From a virus (taxonomy: Duplodnaviria > Caudoviricetes), in IMG/VR virus record IMGVR_UViG_3300009095_000026, positions 1 through 44,642 of that record: a stretch of DNA of 44,642 bases; one strand, 5' to 3'. The translations under genes were made by a program, and so were the position numbers. Of this stretch, positions 28,682 through 36,466 are shown piece by piece. The notes under the pieces are model-generated. The model was not told the origin of the DNA and made no database searches. It was given only the letters and a program-made list of their open reading frames with translations. Position 1 is the first letter of the stretch. Each line of letters starts with the position of its first letter.

Positions 28682-28989
28682 CGCGGCGGCAACCACTCAT
28701 CCAGTTGCTCTTCAGTGCTGATCACCAGCACCACGCAACCCGCGGCGCGCATGCGCTCGTGCTCGCGCGCTTGCCCGACCGTGGGCTTGCCGTCCGGGGC
28801 TTTGGTTTCAACGAAGCCGTGGCTATTGCACATGCTGAGGGTTCCGAACTTCATGTCTTGCAAACCAGGGAACAGGTACATTACATCCGGTGCGTACCGA
28901 CGGCCGAGCCACGCCACGGCGCGGATCTCGCCGCCGTAGGCTTCGACTCGCGCCTTGAGCTTCGCTCGCAGTTTGCCTTCAGCGGCCAT
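28678..28989 (-). CDS. VRR-NUC domain nuclease
   Basis: APD...FVETKAP.GKP...Q.REH..MR..G..V.VI. Confidence 0.85.
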   Translation of the reverse strand: MAAEGKLRAKLKARVEAYGGEIRAVAWLGRRYAPDVMYLFPGLQDMKFGTLSMCNSHGFVETKAPDGKPTVGQAREHERMRAAGCVVLVISTEEQLDEWLPPR

Positions 28990-29329
28990 TCCAGATGCCT
29001 CTCGGTTTCTCCATGATCGACCGCAGCGAGTTGTCCACGCGGTCGATCAGTTCGAAGTGGTCGGGGTTCACGCACAGTGGGTTGCCGCACAGGTGCTCCA
29101 CCGTCTCTTCGTCCGGGTGCAGCGGTCGACCTTCCATCGTCTCGGCCATCACGCGGTGCGCACGCAGGCTCTTGTGCTGGCCGTTCACGCGCACGTTGAC
29201 CTTGCCGTAGGGCCAGCGCTTGCCGTCGGTCGTGCCGGTCCAAAGCCAGCAGCCGTTCTCGTTCTGATCATCGAGTTTGTGACTGTTGGCCACGAGCCTC
29301 TCAAAGAGACTACCGTAGCGTCTATTCAT
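28979..29329 (-). CDS. HNH endonuclease
   Basis: GCWLWTG, YG, RAHRV, EHLCGNPLCVNPDH...N. Confidence 0.88.
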   Translation of the reverse strand: MNRRYGSLFERLVANSHKLDDQNENGCWLWTGTTDGKRWPYGKVNVRVNGQHKSLRAHRVMAETMEGRPLHPDEETVEHLCGNPLCVNPDHFELIDRVDNSLRSIMEKPRGIWNGR

Positions 29330-29537
29330 GCGCGGCTCCCTTGGCGCGGCGCCGCGCCGTGATGTCCGACCCTGAACACAGATGCGCAGGCATCTTGAGG
29401 TCAGCGCTCGTGGACTCTTCCGTCACGTAGCTCCGGCCGCAACCCATGCAAGTGCGGCGTCGGTAGACCTTCGCCTCGTCACGGCGCGTCTCGTAGACCG
29501 GCTGCTTGCGAGCGCTGCCGCAGTGCGGACACTTCAT
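29322..29537 (-). CDS. zinc-ribbon protein (NrdR N-terminus-like)
   Basis: MKCPHCG...V.ETR...RRRTC..CG..Y.T.E. Confidence 0.7.
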   Translation of the reverse strand: MKCPHCGSARKQPVYETRRDEAKVYRRRTCMGCGRSYVTEESTSADLKMPAHLCSGSDITARRRAKGAAHE

Positions 29538-29746
29538 TCCGGCACCACCCCGAAGTCGCTGTCGTCCAGATCGCAGACATGCAGCTTGCCCGGCTCATTG
29601 CTGAAGAGCACCCACTTGCCGGTCTGCTGGCGCCAGCGCACATCGGTGCTGCCGCAGCGGTTGCAGTGCGGTTCGCGCTCGGCTGGCATGTCGTCGGTGT
29701 CGGTCACGGTCATGGTGGTCGGGTCGTACATCTTGGGCATGGTCAC
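29534..29746 (-). CDS. small Cys/His zinc-binding protein
   Basis: CNRCG...W...GKW.L...HVC; overlaps both neighbours. Confidence 0.6.
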   Translation of the reverse strand: MTMPKMYDPTTMTVTDTDDMPAEREPHCNRCGSTDVRWRQQTGKWVLFSNEPGKLHVCDLDDSDFGVVPE

Positions 29747-31740
29747 TTCCTGTAGCGCTTGGTCTCGGAACCTTCGGCCGCCAAGGGCAGACCGTTGGCC
29801 CAGTCAGGCGGCGTGGCAAGGAACCTTGATACCGCTTCGCCGCTATACTCATCGGTGTCGGGCGTCTCGCAGATCGCCTCATCGTGAACGTGCATGACGA
29901 CCGGGTAGCCGTTGGCTTCGCAACGCTTGAGCCCTTCGGCGAACACGTCCCGGGCGGTTGCCTGTGTCACATTTTCCGCGAGCCGGCCCCCATATGTGCG
30001 CAAGCGCTCCCAGCGCCGAGAATATTGGTTGAGTCCAACGTAGCTCAAGCCACCGTGCGGGTTGTCAACCATCTCGCCTGTCGCAAGATCAACGGTCTTC
30101 TTCGGCTCAAACTTTGGCGATGGATAGCACAGCACGCGGCCACTCGGCAGGCGAATGCGCAACCACTGGCCGTCGCGGCGCAACTTCAGCTTGCCGCAAG
30201 TCTGAGTCTCTCCGGGCACCTTGACCGCGCGAATCGCCGCGTCTTCCAAGTCGTACCAGAAGGCTGCGATGTTCGGATTTGCGGCACGCCAAGCGCGCAC
30301 GATCTCAAGCACGCGGTCTTCGTCAAGGTTCACGCCGTAGAGCTTCGCCATGCTGCCAAACGCGCCGACAGCCCCTTGGAAGCCGCAGGCCAATTCTTGG
30401 ACCTTACCGATAAGTCGCATCGTTCCGCCAGCTTCCTCGTCGGCGCGCACATCTTCCACCGGTACGCCAAACGACCGCGAGTAGCCTTCAATGTAGAGGT
30501 CGTCGCCGTTGGCAAACGCCTTGATCTTCCACTCTTCGCCGGCAAGCCAAGCGAGTACGCGACCTTCAATGTTGGACAAGTCAGCGCGGCACAGCTTCTT
30601 TCCCGGTGCCGCAATCAGTGCACCGCGCACCGTAGACCCGATCACGTCCATGGCGTTGTCGTAAACAAGTTCCACAGCGCCGCACTTGATCGTCTCCACC
30701 GCGAAGTCGTACTGATTCTTCAGGTACTTCGGTACGCGGCTCAGGTTCTGCAACTGCACGAGCCGACCGGCCCAGCGGTTAGTGCGGCTGGCACCGCCGA
30801 ACTGAAGCGTGCCGCGCAGGCGACCGTCGCTGGACGTTGCGCGCAAAAATGCTTTGTACTTGCTGACGCTCGTGCCACTGGCTTGCAGTCTGATGTGCAG
30901 CAGCTCCTTGACCGGCTCGGGCAGTTCGGGGTCTTCCAGCCGGCGCTCAAGCGTACCGGCTTGCATGTCGGGTAGCGAGACGCCGTAGGCTTTGAGCAAA
31001 TGCGCAAGCAGCGCATCGCGTTGGGTGGCGGCCTGCACTGCGCCATCAGTCATCTCGGCTGCGCGCTCGGCAAGCCGCAGCTTCTCCGCATCGGCTGCCT
31101 GCACGGCGGCTTCGCAGAACTCAAGGTCAACCGCAATACCGCGCTCGTTGATGACGCGATCCAGCCGCCACATGGCGAGCTCGCTCTCGTTGAGGTTCCA
31201 CTTCGGCAGCTTTGCAATGCACTCTCGCATCGCCACGATGTCAGCGCCTGCGTACTCAAGAAACTCTTGCCACTTCTCGGGGTGCGTCTCTCGGGTGGCG
31301 CGCTTGCGGCCGGAGGCTTCGGTCGGCGGGATGCAGAACAGGCGTACCAGATCCTTGCCGGTCTTCAGCTTGCGTTTGTCCTGCGCCACCTCCAGCGCCG
31401 CGCACAGCGCATCAAGAGCGCCTGGCATGGAGTGCATGTAGGCCAAGCACATGGAGCAGCGCCAGCGCTCAAGCGGGATGTCAATGCCCAGTCCAGCCTT
31501 GATAACCGTGCGGTCAAAAGCGACGTTGTGCGCCCAGACAATCACGCTCTCATCAGCCAGCGCCGCGGCAAGATCGTCAGGCATGGCGCCGCCAGCCGTC
31601 ACGTCCCATACTCGCACCGGTCCATCGTCCAGCGCGTAAGAGACGATCATGACTTCAACGGCTTCGCTGTACTTGTGCACGCCATCCTTGAGAGGAATCG
31701 TGCTGTACGTCTCGGTGTCAAGGTAGAGGATGTCAGGCAT
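29743..31740 (-). CDS. family A DNA polymerase with 3'-5' exonuclease
   Basis: LDTETYS, AHN.AFDR, RT.RWAGR.VQLQNL, DLSNIEGRVLAWLAG, GKVQELA.GF, ENVTQA.ARD, HVHDE. Confidence 0.95.
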   Translation of the reverse strand: MPDILYLDTETYSTIPLKDGVHKYSEAVEVMIVSYALDDGPVRVWDVTAGGAMPDDLAAALADESVIVWAHNVAFDRTVIKAGLGIDIPLERWRCSMCLAYMHSMPGALDALCAALEVAQDKRKLKTGKDLVRLFCIPPTEASGRKRATRETHPEKWQEFLEYAGADIVAMRECIAKLPKWNLNESELAMWRLDRVINERGIAVDLEFCEAAVQAADAEKLRLAERAAEMTDGAVQAATQRDALLAHLLKAYGVSLPDMQAGTLERRLEDPELPEPVKELLHIRLQASGTSVSKYKAFLRATSSDGRLRGTLQFGGASRTNRWAGRLVQLQNLSRVPKYLKNQYDFAVETIKCGAVELVYDNAMDVIGSTVRGALIAAPGKKLCRADLSNIEGRVLAWLAGEEWKIKAFANGDDLYIEGYSRSFGVPVEDVRADEEAGGTMRLIGKVQELACGFQGAVGAFGSMAKLYGVNLDEDRVLEIVRAWRAANPNIAAFWYDLEDAAIRAVKVPGETQTCGKLKLRRDGQWLRIRLPSGRVLCYPSPKFEPKKTVDLATGEMVDNPHGGLSYVGLNQYSRRWERLRTYGGRLAENVTQATARDVFAEGLKRCEANGYPVVMHVHDEAICETPDTDEYSGEAVSRFLATPPDWANGLPLAAEGSETKRYRK

Positions 31741-31904
31741 TTTGGTGAGGGTGCTTGGGTCGCTTGTCCAAGTTGAGTAGTACCCCGGGGCCTTTATACG
31801 GCGCTGTCCCCCGGTATCCCGTTCCGCCGGTCCCTTGCGGGTGCTCCGACTCCACACAATCAGTGGCTTTCTTCCTCGCTAGAGGACACCCTCACCAAAA
31901 TGCC
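31736..31904 (-). promoter_or_regulatory. structured leader closed by a perfect 18-bp inverted repeat
   Basis: GGCATTTTGGTGAGGGTG (31736-31753) and CACCCTCACCAAAATGCC (31887-31904); covers the polymerase start codon. Confidence 0.7.
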
Positions 31905-31920
31905 CCGCCGCAGCGGGGCA
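31897..31920 (-). terminator. terminator-like hairpin after ssb
   Basis: Minus strand TGCCCCGC-TGCG-GCGGGGCA-TTTT. Confidence 0.6.
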
Positions 31921-31925
31921 CCCGA

Positions 31926-32513
31926 TCACGCCAAGTCGTCGGCGTCGGCGCCTTCGGTGATCTCGCCGAAGTCGTCGGCGCTCGGCGCGGCGCCGCCACC
32001 GAAGGCGTCACCGTCGCGCACGCGCTGCACACCGAGCAGCGTGGCGCGCAGGCCCTTGCCGTTGTCGTTCTGCTGGGCCCAGAACTCCACCTGCATGTTG
32101 ACGAAGCAGCCCGAGTAGACCCGGCCGCCCTTGCCTTCGTAGATGGTGTTGTCGGGCTTGTAGATCGGCGACTTGTCGGTGTCCATCACCAGCGGCCGAC
32201 CCTTCTCCTGGTACCGGTGCGCGGTCAGTGCGTAGTGGCCCTGGTAGCCGTCGTAGTCCTTGCGCTTGCCATCGATGTAGCAGCAGCCCTTGGGGTCGAC
32301 GATGATGCCTTCGTAGGCCGTCTCCCACTTCTTCTCCCACTTGTCGCGGGCCGTGGACTTCAGCGCGTCGAGGATCTTGTTGTGGAGCTCGCTGTTGTAC
32401 GGCACGAGCGCCGTCGCGCTCCAGCGGAACGGGCCCTTGCCCTGGTACTGCTCCGGCTCGCCCAGGACGAGGAACGAGCAGCGGACGTTGGGGAGCATCA
32501 TCTTCATGCCCAT
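31926..32513 (-). CDS. ssDNA-binding protein (DUF2815-like)
   Basis: NVRCSF, DG, YSGCFVN..VEFWA..N..GKG.RATL.GVQ.VRDGDAFGG, acidic tail. Confidence 0.88.
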   Translation of the reverse strand: MGMKMMLPNVRCSFLVLGEPEQYQGKGPFRWSATALVPYNSELHNKILDALKSTARDKWEKKWETAYEGIIVDPKGCCYIDGKRKDYDGYQGHYALTAHRYQEKGRPLVMDTDKSPIYKPDNTIYEGKGGRVYSGCFVNMQVEFWAQQNDNGKGLRATLLGVQRVRDGDAFGGGAAPSADDFGEITEGADADDLA

Positions 32514-32547
32514 GGTGGATTGCCTTTCGTGGTTGGTGGCTGTCAAC

Positions 32548-32874
32548 TCAGAAGAACGTGGGCTGAGCCACGGCGCGAGTCAACGCCATGAGCCCTTCCT
32601 GAAAGTGCGTGCGGGCGATAGCGGCCCAGCGCTCGGGCTGCGCGCGGTCCATGCGAGCGCGTGCCATGTTGAAATCGGGCCGCGGGCGCCCCTCCAGATC
32701 GGCCAGCGCGTCGTTCTCGGTCAGCGGAGGATTGCGACCGGCGGCAATGTGCTCGGCGACCTTCGCCAGCAGTTCCTCCATCTGCGGGCCCATGCCCTTG
32801 ATGGTGTTCATCATGTCGATGTCGGCCTGCGACAGCTCGCGGTAGCCGGCAATCTTGCGGTGCTGGTTGTCCAT
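32548..32874 (-). CDS. acb2: anti-CBASS protein Acb2 homologue
   Basis: MDNQHRKIAGYRELSQADIDMMNTIK...RWAAIARTHFQEGLMALTRAVAQPTFF matches the Acb2 family pattern. Confidence 0.85.
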   Translation of the reverse strand: MDNQHRKIAGYRELSQADIDMMNTIKGMGPQMEELLAKVAEHIAAGRNPPLTENDALADLEGRPRPDFNMARARMDRAQPERWAAIARTHFQEGLMALTRAVAQPTFF

Positions 32875-32875
32875 G

Positions 32876-34231
32876 TCAGTACAGATCCTCGTCGGCCGGC
32901 TCGTCGGCCACAGTGGTGAAGTCCTCGTCGGTCGGCGCCGGCGGGGTGTAGGGCTTCTTGATCGCGCCGGCGGGTTTGACGCTGGGCTTGGGATCGCTGC
33001 GCGTGATCTGGTCTTGCAGCTTCTTCCACTGCCGCGGGCCGAGCACGGGCTTGGTCTGGCCCTCGGCCGGCTTGAGCAGCGTGTCTTCGAACTGGGTGGG
33101 GCTCTTGAGCTTGAAGTTGAAGACATCCGCCTCGGCCAGCCGGAACTGCTTGCGCACGATCTCGGTGACCTCGTCCTTGTCCTTCCACTTGCGCGGGCCC
33201 TGGCGACCCAACTCCAGGCCGAAGCCAGGCACTTCCTCGCGGTTGAGCAGCCGCCGTTCGGTCTCGGCGCGCACGGCCTTGCAGAAGTCCTCCAAGAAGC
33301 CGGCGGCCGACATCTTGAGCGACAGGTCACGGGGGTTGGTGTTCTTGCTCACGAACTGGTGCACCTCGGTCTCGGGGTCGGAGATCACGTCGAAGTCGGC
33401 GCCGACCACCTGCTCGACCTTGCGGCGTGCGCTCGGGCACGTCGACATGGCGCGGCAGAAGGCACACTCTTCTTCGTTCGGGTTCTGGTTGAGGAAGGTG
33501 CGGTCCCACTCTTCCATCGGGATCTTGCCGTGCATCGCCTCGGCGTTGCGCACGCTGGCGGCCTTGCTGCGCGCCAGGTTGGCGAACTCGCGCAGATCCT
33601 GCAGCGTGCACTGCCATTCCTCCATGCCGGCGCTGTAGACCTTCGGCTGGTAGATGCCCAGGCGGATGGTCTTCAGGCCGGCTTCCTCGGCCCACGCGAA
33701 CGGATCGCTGGCCGCCGCGGCGATGTCCTCGTCCATCAGGTAGCGCAGCGCGCCCAGGGCGTAGAACATCGCCTGCGTGTTGCGCTCGACCGTCACCGGC
33801 GTGTGGCCGGTCTTCAGGTCGTACACGCCCAGTTCGCCGTCCTGCTCGTGCCAGATGATACAGTCGGCCGTGCCGAACTGGCCCTCGATCTGCACGAACT
33901 CCGAGAAGTCGACGCGCGTCTCGACCAGCATCCGGTTGCCGATGCCGATCTTGCGCACGGTGTCGACGTAGCCTTGCACGAGGTCGGCCATGTCGTCGGT
34001 GAACTCGACGAAGCGCGGCTCTTCGTGCTTGGCGTTGACCGGGATGTCCTGGCCGACGTACTTGCTCGCGCGCCAGTGCTCGGTGAGGCACAGCGCGGCG
34101 ACGTGGTGCATCGCGGTGCCGTCGTCGCTGTAGGTGGACGAGCGGTTCGGGATCGGCGCTTCCAGCACGAGGCTGCCGGGGCAGGCGAACCACTTCTTGC
34201 TAGAAGATGGAGACAACTTAGCGTGGTCCAC
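32876..34231 (-). CDS. Cas4-like PD-(D/E)xK exonuclease (DUF2800-like)
   Basis: HAKLSPSS..W..CPGS, GTAMH, E.RVD, FGTAD, DLKTG, N.Q.MFYALGA, CAFCRA...CP. Confidence 0.88.
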   Translation of the reverse strand: MDHAKLSPSSSKKWFACPGSLVLEAPIPNRSSTYSDDGTAMHHVAALCLTEHWRASKYVGQDIPVNAKHEEPRFVEFTDDMADLVQGYVDTVRKIGIGNRMLVETRVDFSEFVQIEGQFGTADCIIWHEQDGELGVYDLKTGHTPVTVERNTQAMFYALGALRYLMDEDIAAAASDPFAWAEEAGLKTIRLGIYQPKVYSAGMEEWQCTLQDLREFANLARSKAASVRNAEAMHGKIPMEEWDRTFLNQNPNEEECAFCRAMSTCPSARRKVEQVVGADFDVISDPETEVHQFVSKNTNPRDLSLKMSAAGFLEDFCKAVRAETERRLLNREEVPGFGLELGRQGPRKWKDKDEVTEIVRKQFRLAEADVFNFKLKSPTQFEDTLLKPAEGQTKPVLGPRQWKKLQDQITRSDPKPSVKPAGAIKKPYTPPAPTDEDFTTVADEPADEDLY

Positions 34232-34718
34232 GTACTGCTCTTTCTGCGTCAAACTGTTTGCGTGCATCTGCGGCCTCCTGCGCCGTCAAGAAATGCCCAA
34301 GAGACTTGAACTTGCGGTCAACTGTTGCGTAAGCCTGCCAGCGATCTTTGTCCGCCCTATAACGAACGCCGAACTGACCGCTTCGGCTTTTGCAGACGGC
34401 GGGAAAACGGTTATCGGGTACGGACGACCACCGCAAGTTGACGGCGCGGTTGTCTGATCGGTTTCGATTGATGTGGTCAACTTCCGGTAGGTCTTCCGGG
34501 GCCGGACCGAAGAACGCTAACGCAACCAAACGATGAACGCGCCGTGTCAGCGGCTTGTGCGGTCGGCCTTTGTGCAGCTCGACGATGCGGTAGCCGTAAG
34601 CGTCAAGGCGCGGATTAAGTACACGGCCAAACCGAAGCCCGCGCACGCGCCCCTGATCGCTTACTTCGTAGAGCGACTCCCACTCAGGAACGGGGCGCCA
34701 CGTCTCGTTGAGATGCAA
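34218..34718 (-). CDS. NUMOD4-HNH homing endonuclease
   Basis: ETWRPVP..E.LYEVSDQGRVR, VHRLVA.AF, VDHIN.NR.DNR..NLRW, AP2-like C-terminus; GGAGG RBS and TTG start. Confidence 0.9.
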   Translation of the reverse strand: MHLNETWRPVPEWESLYEVSDQGRVRGLRFGRVLNPRLDAYGYRIVELHKGRPHKPLTRRVHRLVALAFFGPAPEDLPEVDHINRNRSDNRAVNLRWSSVPDNRFPAVCKSRSGQFGVRYRADKDRWQAYATVDRKFKSLGHFLTAQEAADARKQFDAERAVRGPR

Positions 34719-34727
34719 GCCAACCTC

Positions 34728-34859
34728 CTAGTAGAAGACGATGCGGCCGAACCGTCGGCCCTGCCGCATCCAGGTTGCGTGCAGCGTGCCGCGGAGCACC
34801 ACCGCAGGCCGGCGGATACCGGCCGCGGTGAGCGCCTTGGCGATCGCCGTCAAGTTCAC
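34728..34859 (-). CDS. 43-aa hypothetical protein
   Basis: GTG start overlapping the upstream stop; fills the gap up to the HNH RBS. Confidence 0.45.
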   Translation of the reverse strand: MNLTAIAKALTAAGIRRPAVVLRGTLHATWMRQGRRFGRIVFY

Positions 34860-35290
34860 GCCAGGTCGGCTTCGCCGCCGATCAGAGCGTCGATCTTCTC
34901 GCCGAACGCGGCGAACTGCTCGGGCTTGAGCTCGGGGCCCTTGGCGACGCCGAATTCCTTGAGCAGCGCGATCACGCCGGCCTTGTCCTTGCCGACCGCC
35001 TGCTTGATCTTCTCGGGCAGGCCCGACTTCTCGTAGGTCGGCGCGTCAACCGGCTTCTCGGCGGCAGCGGCCTTCGACTCCGCAGGTGCCGGCGAGTCGG
35101 CAGGCGCCGCAGAGGACGAAGCCGGGGTGCCAGCGGGTTCCTTGGCCTTGGCTTCCTTCGGTGCGGCCGGGGTCGCGGCGGGTTCCGGCTTGGCCGCTGC
35201 CGGTGCCGCGGTCGTGGGGGCGCCCAGCTTGGCCAGCGCGTTGGCCGCTTCCTGCACGGAAGCGAAGACGAGTTTCAGTTCGACGGACAT
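34856..35290 (-). CDS. Ala/Pro-rich protein typical upstream of DUF2800 genes
   Basis: MSVELKLVF; C-terminal ALLKEFGV.K..ELKPEQF; AAAGGT RBS. Confidence 0.75.
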   Translation of the reverse strand: MSVELKLVFASVQEAANALAKLGAPTTAAPAAAKPEPAATPAAPKEAKAKEPAGTPASSSAAPADSPAPAESKAAAAEKPVDAPTYEKSGLPEKIKQAVGKDKAGVIALLKEFGVAKGPELKPEQFAAFGEKIDALIGGEADLA

Positions 35291-35365
35291 GGTCACCTTT
35301 CTGGGTGGTTGGGAGGAAGAAGATGGTGGGCTCTGCGCGACGGTCGACCCGAGGGCCTGGTGCAT

Positions 35366-35455
35366 TCGGAAAGCGGGCAGTCGGAGTTACTTGAGTCGGG
35401 CAGTCGGGTCTTCGGAGTTGAGTTGTCAGTGGTTCGGCTATTCGGAGTTCTCGGG
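35366..35455 (-). repeat. 7-9 nt periodic CCGA repeats
   Basis: TCGG on + at 35366, 35381, 35396, 35404, 35412, 35434, 35442, 35451, with variants at 35373 and 35426. Confidence 0.7.
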
Positions 35456-35475
35456 TGCTGGGGCAAGCCCCAGCG

Positions 35476-35549
35476 AGTCGATTGAAGGATTCGAACCTTC
35501 TCACGCATCCTTAGCAGGGATGTGCTCTACCGATGAGAGCTAAATCAAC
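35476..35549 (-). tRNA. tRNA-like gene, anticodon GCT, non-canonical
   Basis: Acceptor GTTGATT/AATCGAC, D arm GCTC..GG..GAGC, anticodon arm CATCC-CTGCTAA-GGATG, T arm GAAGG-TTCGAAT-CCTTC; 5-nt variable loop; no encoded CCA. Confidence 0.8.
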
Positions 35550-35655
35550 AACAGTCAATGCAACGACGCTGCGCAACGTCTACAGCTTCGGTGGAGGTGC
35601 TGTGCAAACCTCTACCCTCGCCGATCGGCCGCCGCGCAGAGCCCACCTTGAAACG

Positions 35656-35988
35656 TCAGGCCGCCTTGGCCGCCGTGACGGCCGCCGGCTCTTCGTAGGT
35701 CTTGAACAGATCCTCCGAACCGGTGTCCACGTCCGTGTTCCAGTTGGCCTTCTGGATCAGCGCATCCACGAGACGCAGCTGACGGGCGTAGTAGTCGTGC
35801 TCGCCGACCACCTGGGCGAAGGTCAGCTTCGGCACGGTCATCGTGATGTCGTCGATGGTCTCGCTGATCTGCTTGCGCTGCGTCTTCACGGCGAAGATGT
35901 CCTTCGTGCGGATGTCGACGCGTGCCTTCACGAGATCGGTGAGTTCCTTGCGGCGGAGCAGAAGCTCGGCCAGTTTGACTTGGGCCAT
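35656..35988 (-). CDS. DIP1984-like protein, short form
   Basis: KLAELLLRRKEL at the N-terminus and ARQLRLVDALIQKANWNTDV near the C-terminus; GGAG RBS. Confidence 0.65.
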   Translation of the reverse strand: MAQVKLAELLLRRKELTDLVKARVDIRTKDIFAVKTQRKQISETIDDITMTVPKLTFAQVVGEHDYYARQLRLVDALIQKANWNTDVDTGSEDLFKTYEEPAAVTAAKAA

Positions 35989-36038
35989 GATGGTCTCCAG
36001 TGGTTGAGAAAGAAGGTGTTCAACAGAGAACGGAGCGA

Positions 36039-36067
36039 AGCGTAGCGTTTGATACGCGAGTCGTCAA
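36039..36067 (-). promoter_or_regulatory. sigma70 promoter for the leftward operon
   Basis: TTGACG-N17-TACGCT on the minus strand. Confidence 0.7.
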
Positions 36068-36167
36068 GTGCTTTTTGCGAACGCTTGCAAAAAAGAACCC
36101 GCCGGGTGGCGGGTCAAGCACGGCAGTGGAGGGAGGAGACCAAACCCCGGGCGGGGCGCCGTGTGAG

Positions 36168-36196
36168 TTGAATGCTAGCGGAACAAATGCTACGAT
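36168..36196 (+). promoter_or_regulatory. sigma70 promoter, probably giving a leaderless mRNA
   Basis: TTGAAT-N17-TACGAT, 6 nt before ATG 36203, no SD. Confidence 0.7.
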
Positions 36197-36202
36197 GCAA
36201 GC

Positions 36203-36466
36203 ATGCGAACCAACATCCGCCGGCTCACCGCCGAACAGCTTCGGCAACTGAGCGCGAAATCCAGCATTAGCTACGACATGCTGCGGCACTACGCCCGCGG
36301 TCGGCGCGGCATCAAGTCCCTCACGGCCATCAACATTGAGAAGGCTGCCCGCAAGATCGGTCTCGATCTGCGCCGTGAGGATCTCAACAGCGGTTGCGCG
36401 CGGTGCGAGTTCGCCCGATCGTGCCGCAAGAACCTGCGGGAGCCAGCAGAGAAAGCCGCGAAGTGA
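36203..36466 (+). CDS. Cro-like HTH regulator
   Basis: LSAKSSISYDMLRHYARGRR...A..IE; CxxCxxxxxC tail; first gene after the divergent promoter. Confidence 0.7.
   Translation: MRTNIRRLTAEQLRQLSAKSSISYDMLRHYARGRRGIKSLTAINIEKAARKIGLDLRREDLNSGCARCEFARSCRKNLREPAEKAAK

Larger units (their letters stand above)
35325..35647 (-). ncRNA. candidate ~320-nt structured RNA containing a tRNA-like domain
   Basis: Ends 35325-35355 and 35615-35647 are inverted repeats (first 15 bp perfect); several internal hairpins; begins 8 nt after the upstream stop. Confidence 0.65.

Noticed and set aside
31754-31886. Hammerhead ribozyme in the polymerase leader
   Set aside because: GAAA and CUGAU occur but the CUGANGA core and stem arrangement are not met.
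32876-34231. Cas4-like gene as part of a CRISPR-Cas system
   Set aside because: It sits in the standard exonuclease-SSB-polymerase module; no cas1/cas2 or array.
35476-35549. tRNA as suppressor of the TGA at 6271, or as an attachment site
   Set aside because: Anticodon is GCT, not TCA; no integrase and no duplicated tRNA 3' end in the window.
35325-35647. Retron msr-msd, suggested by terminal inverted repeats
   Set aside because: No reverse transcriptase ORF is recognisable in the window.
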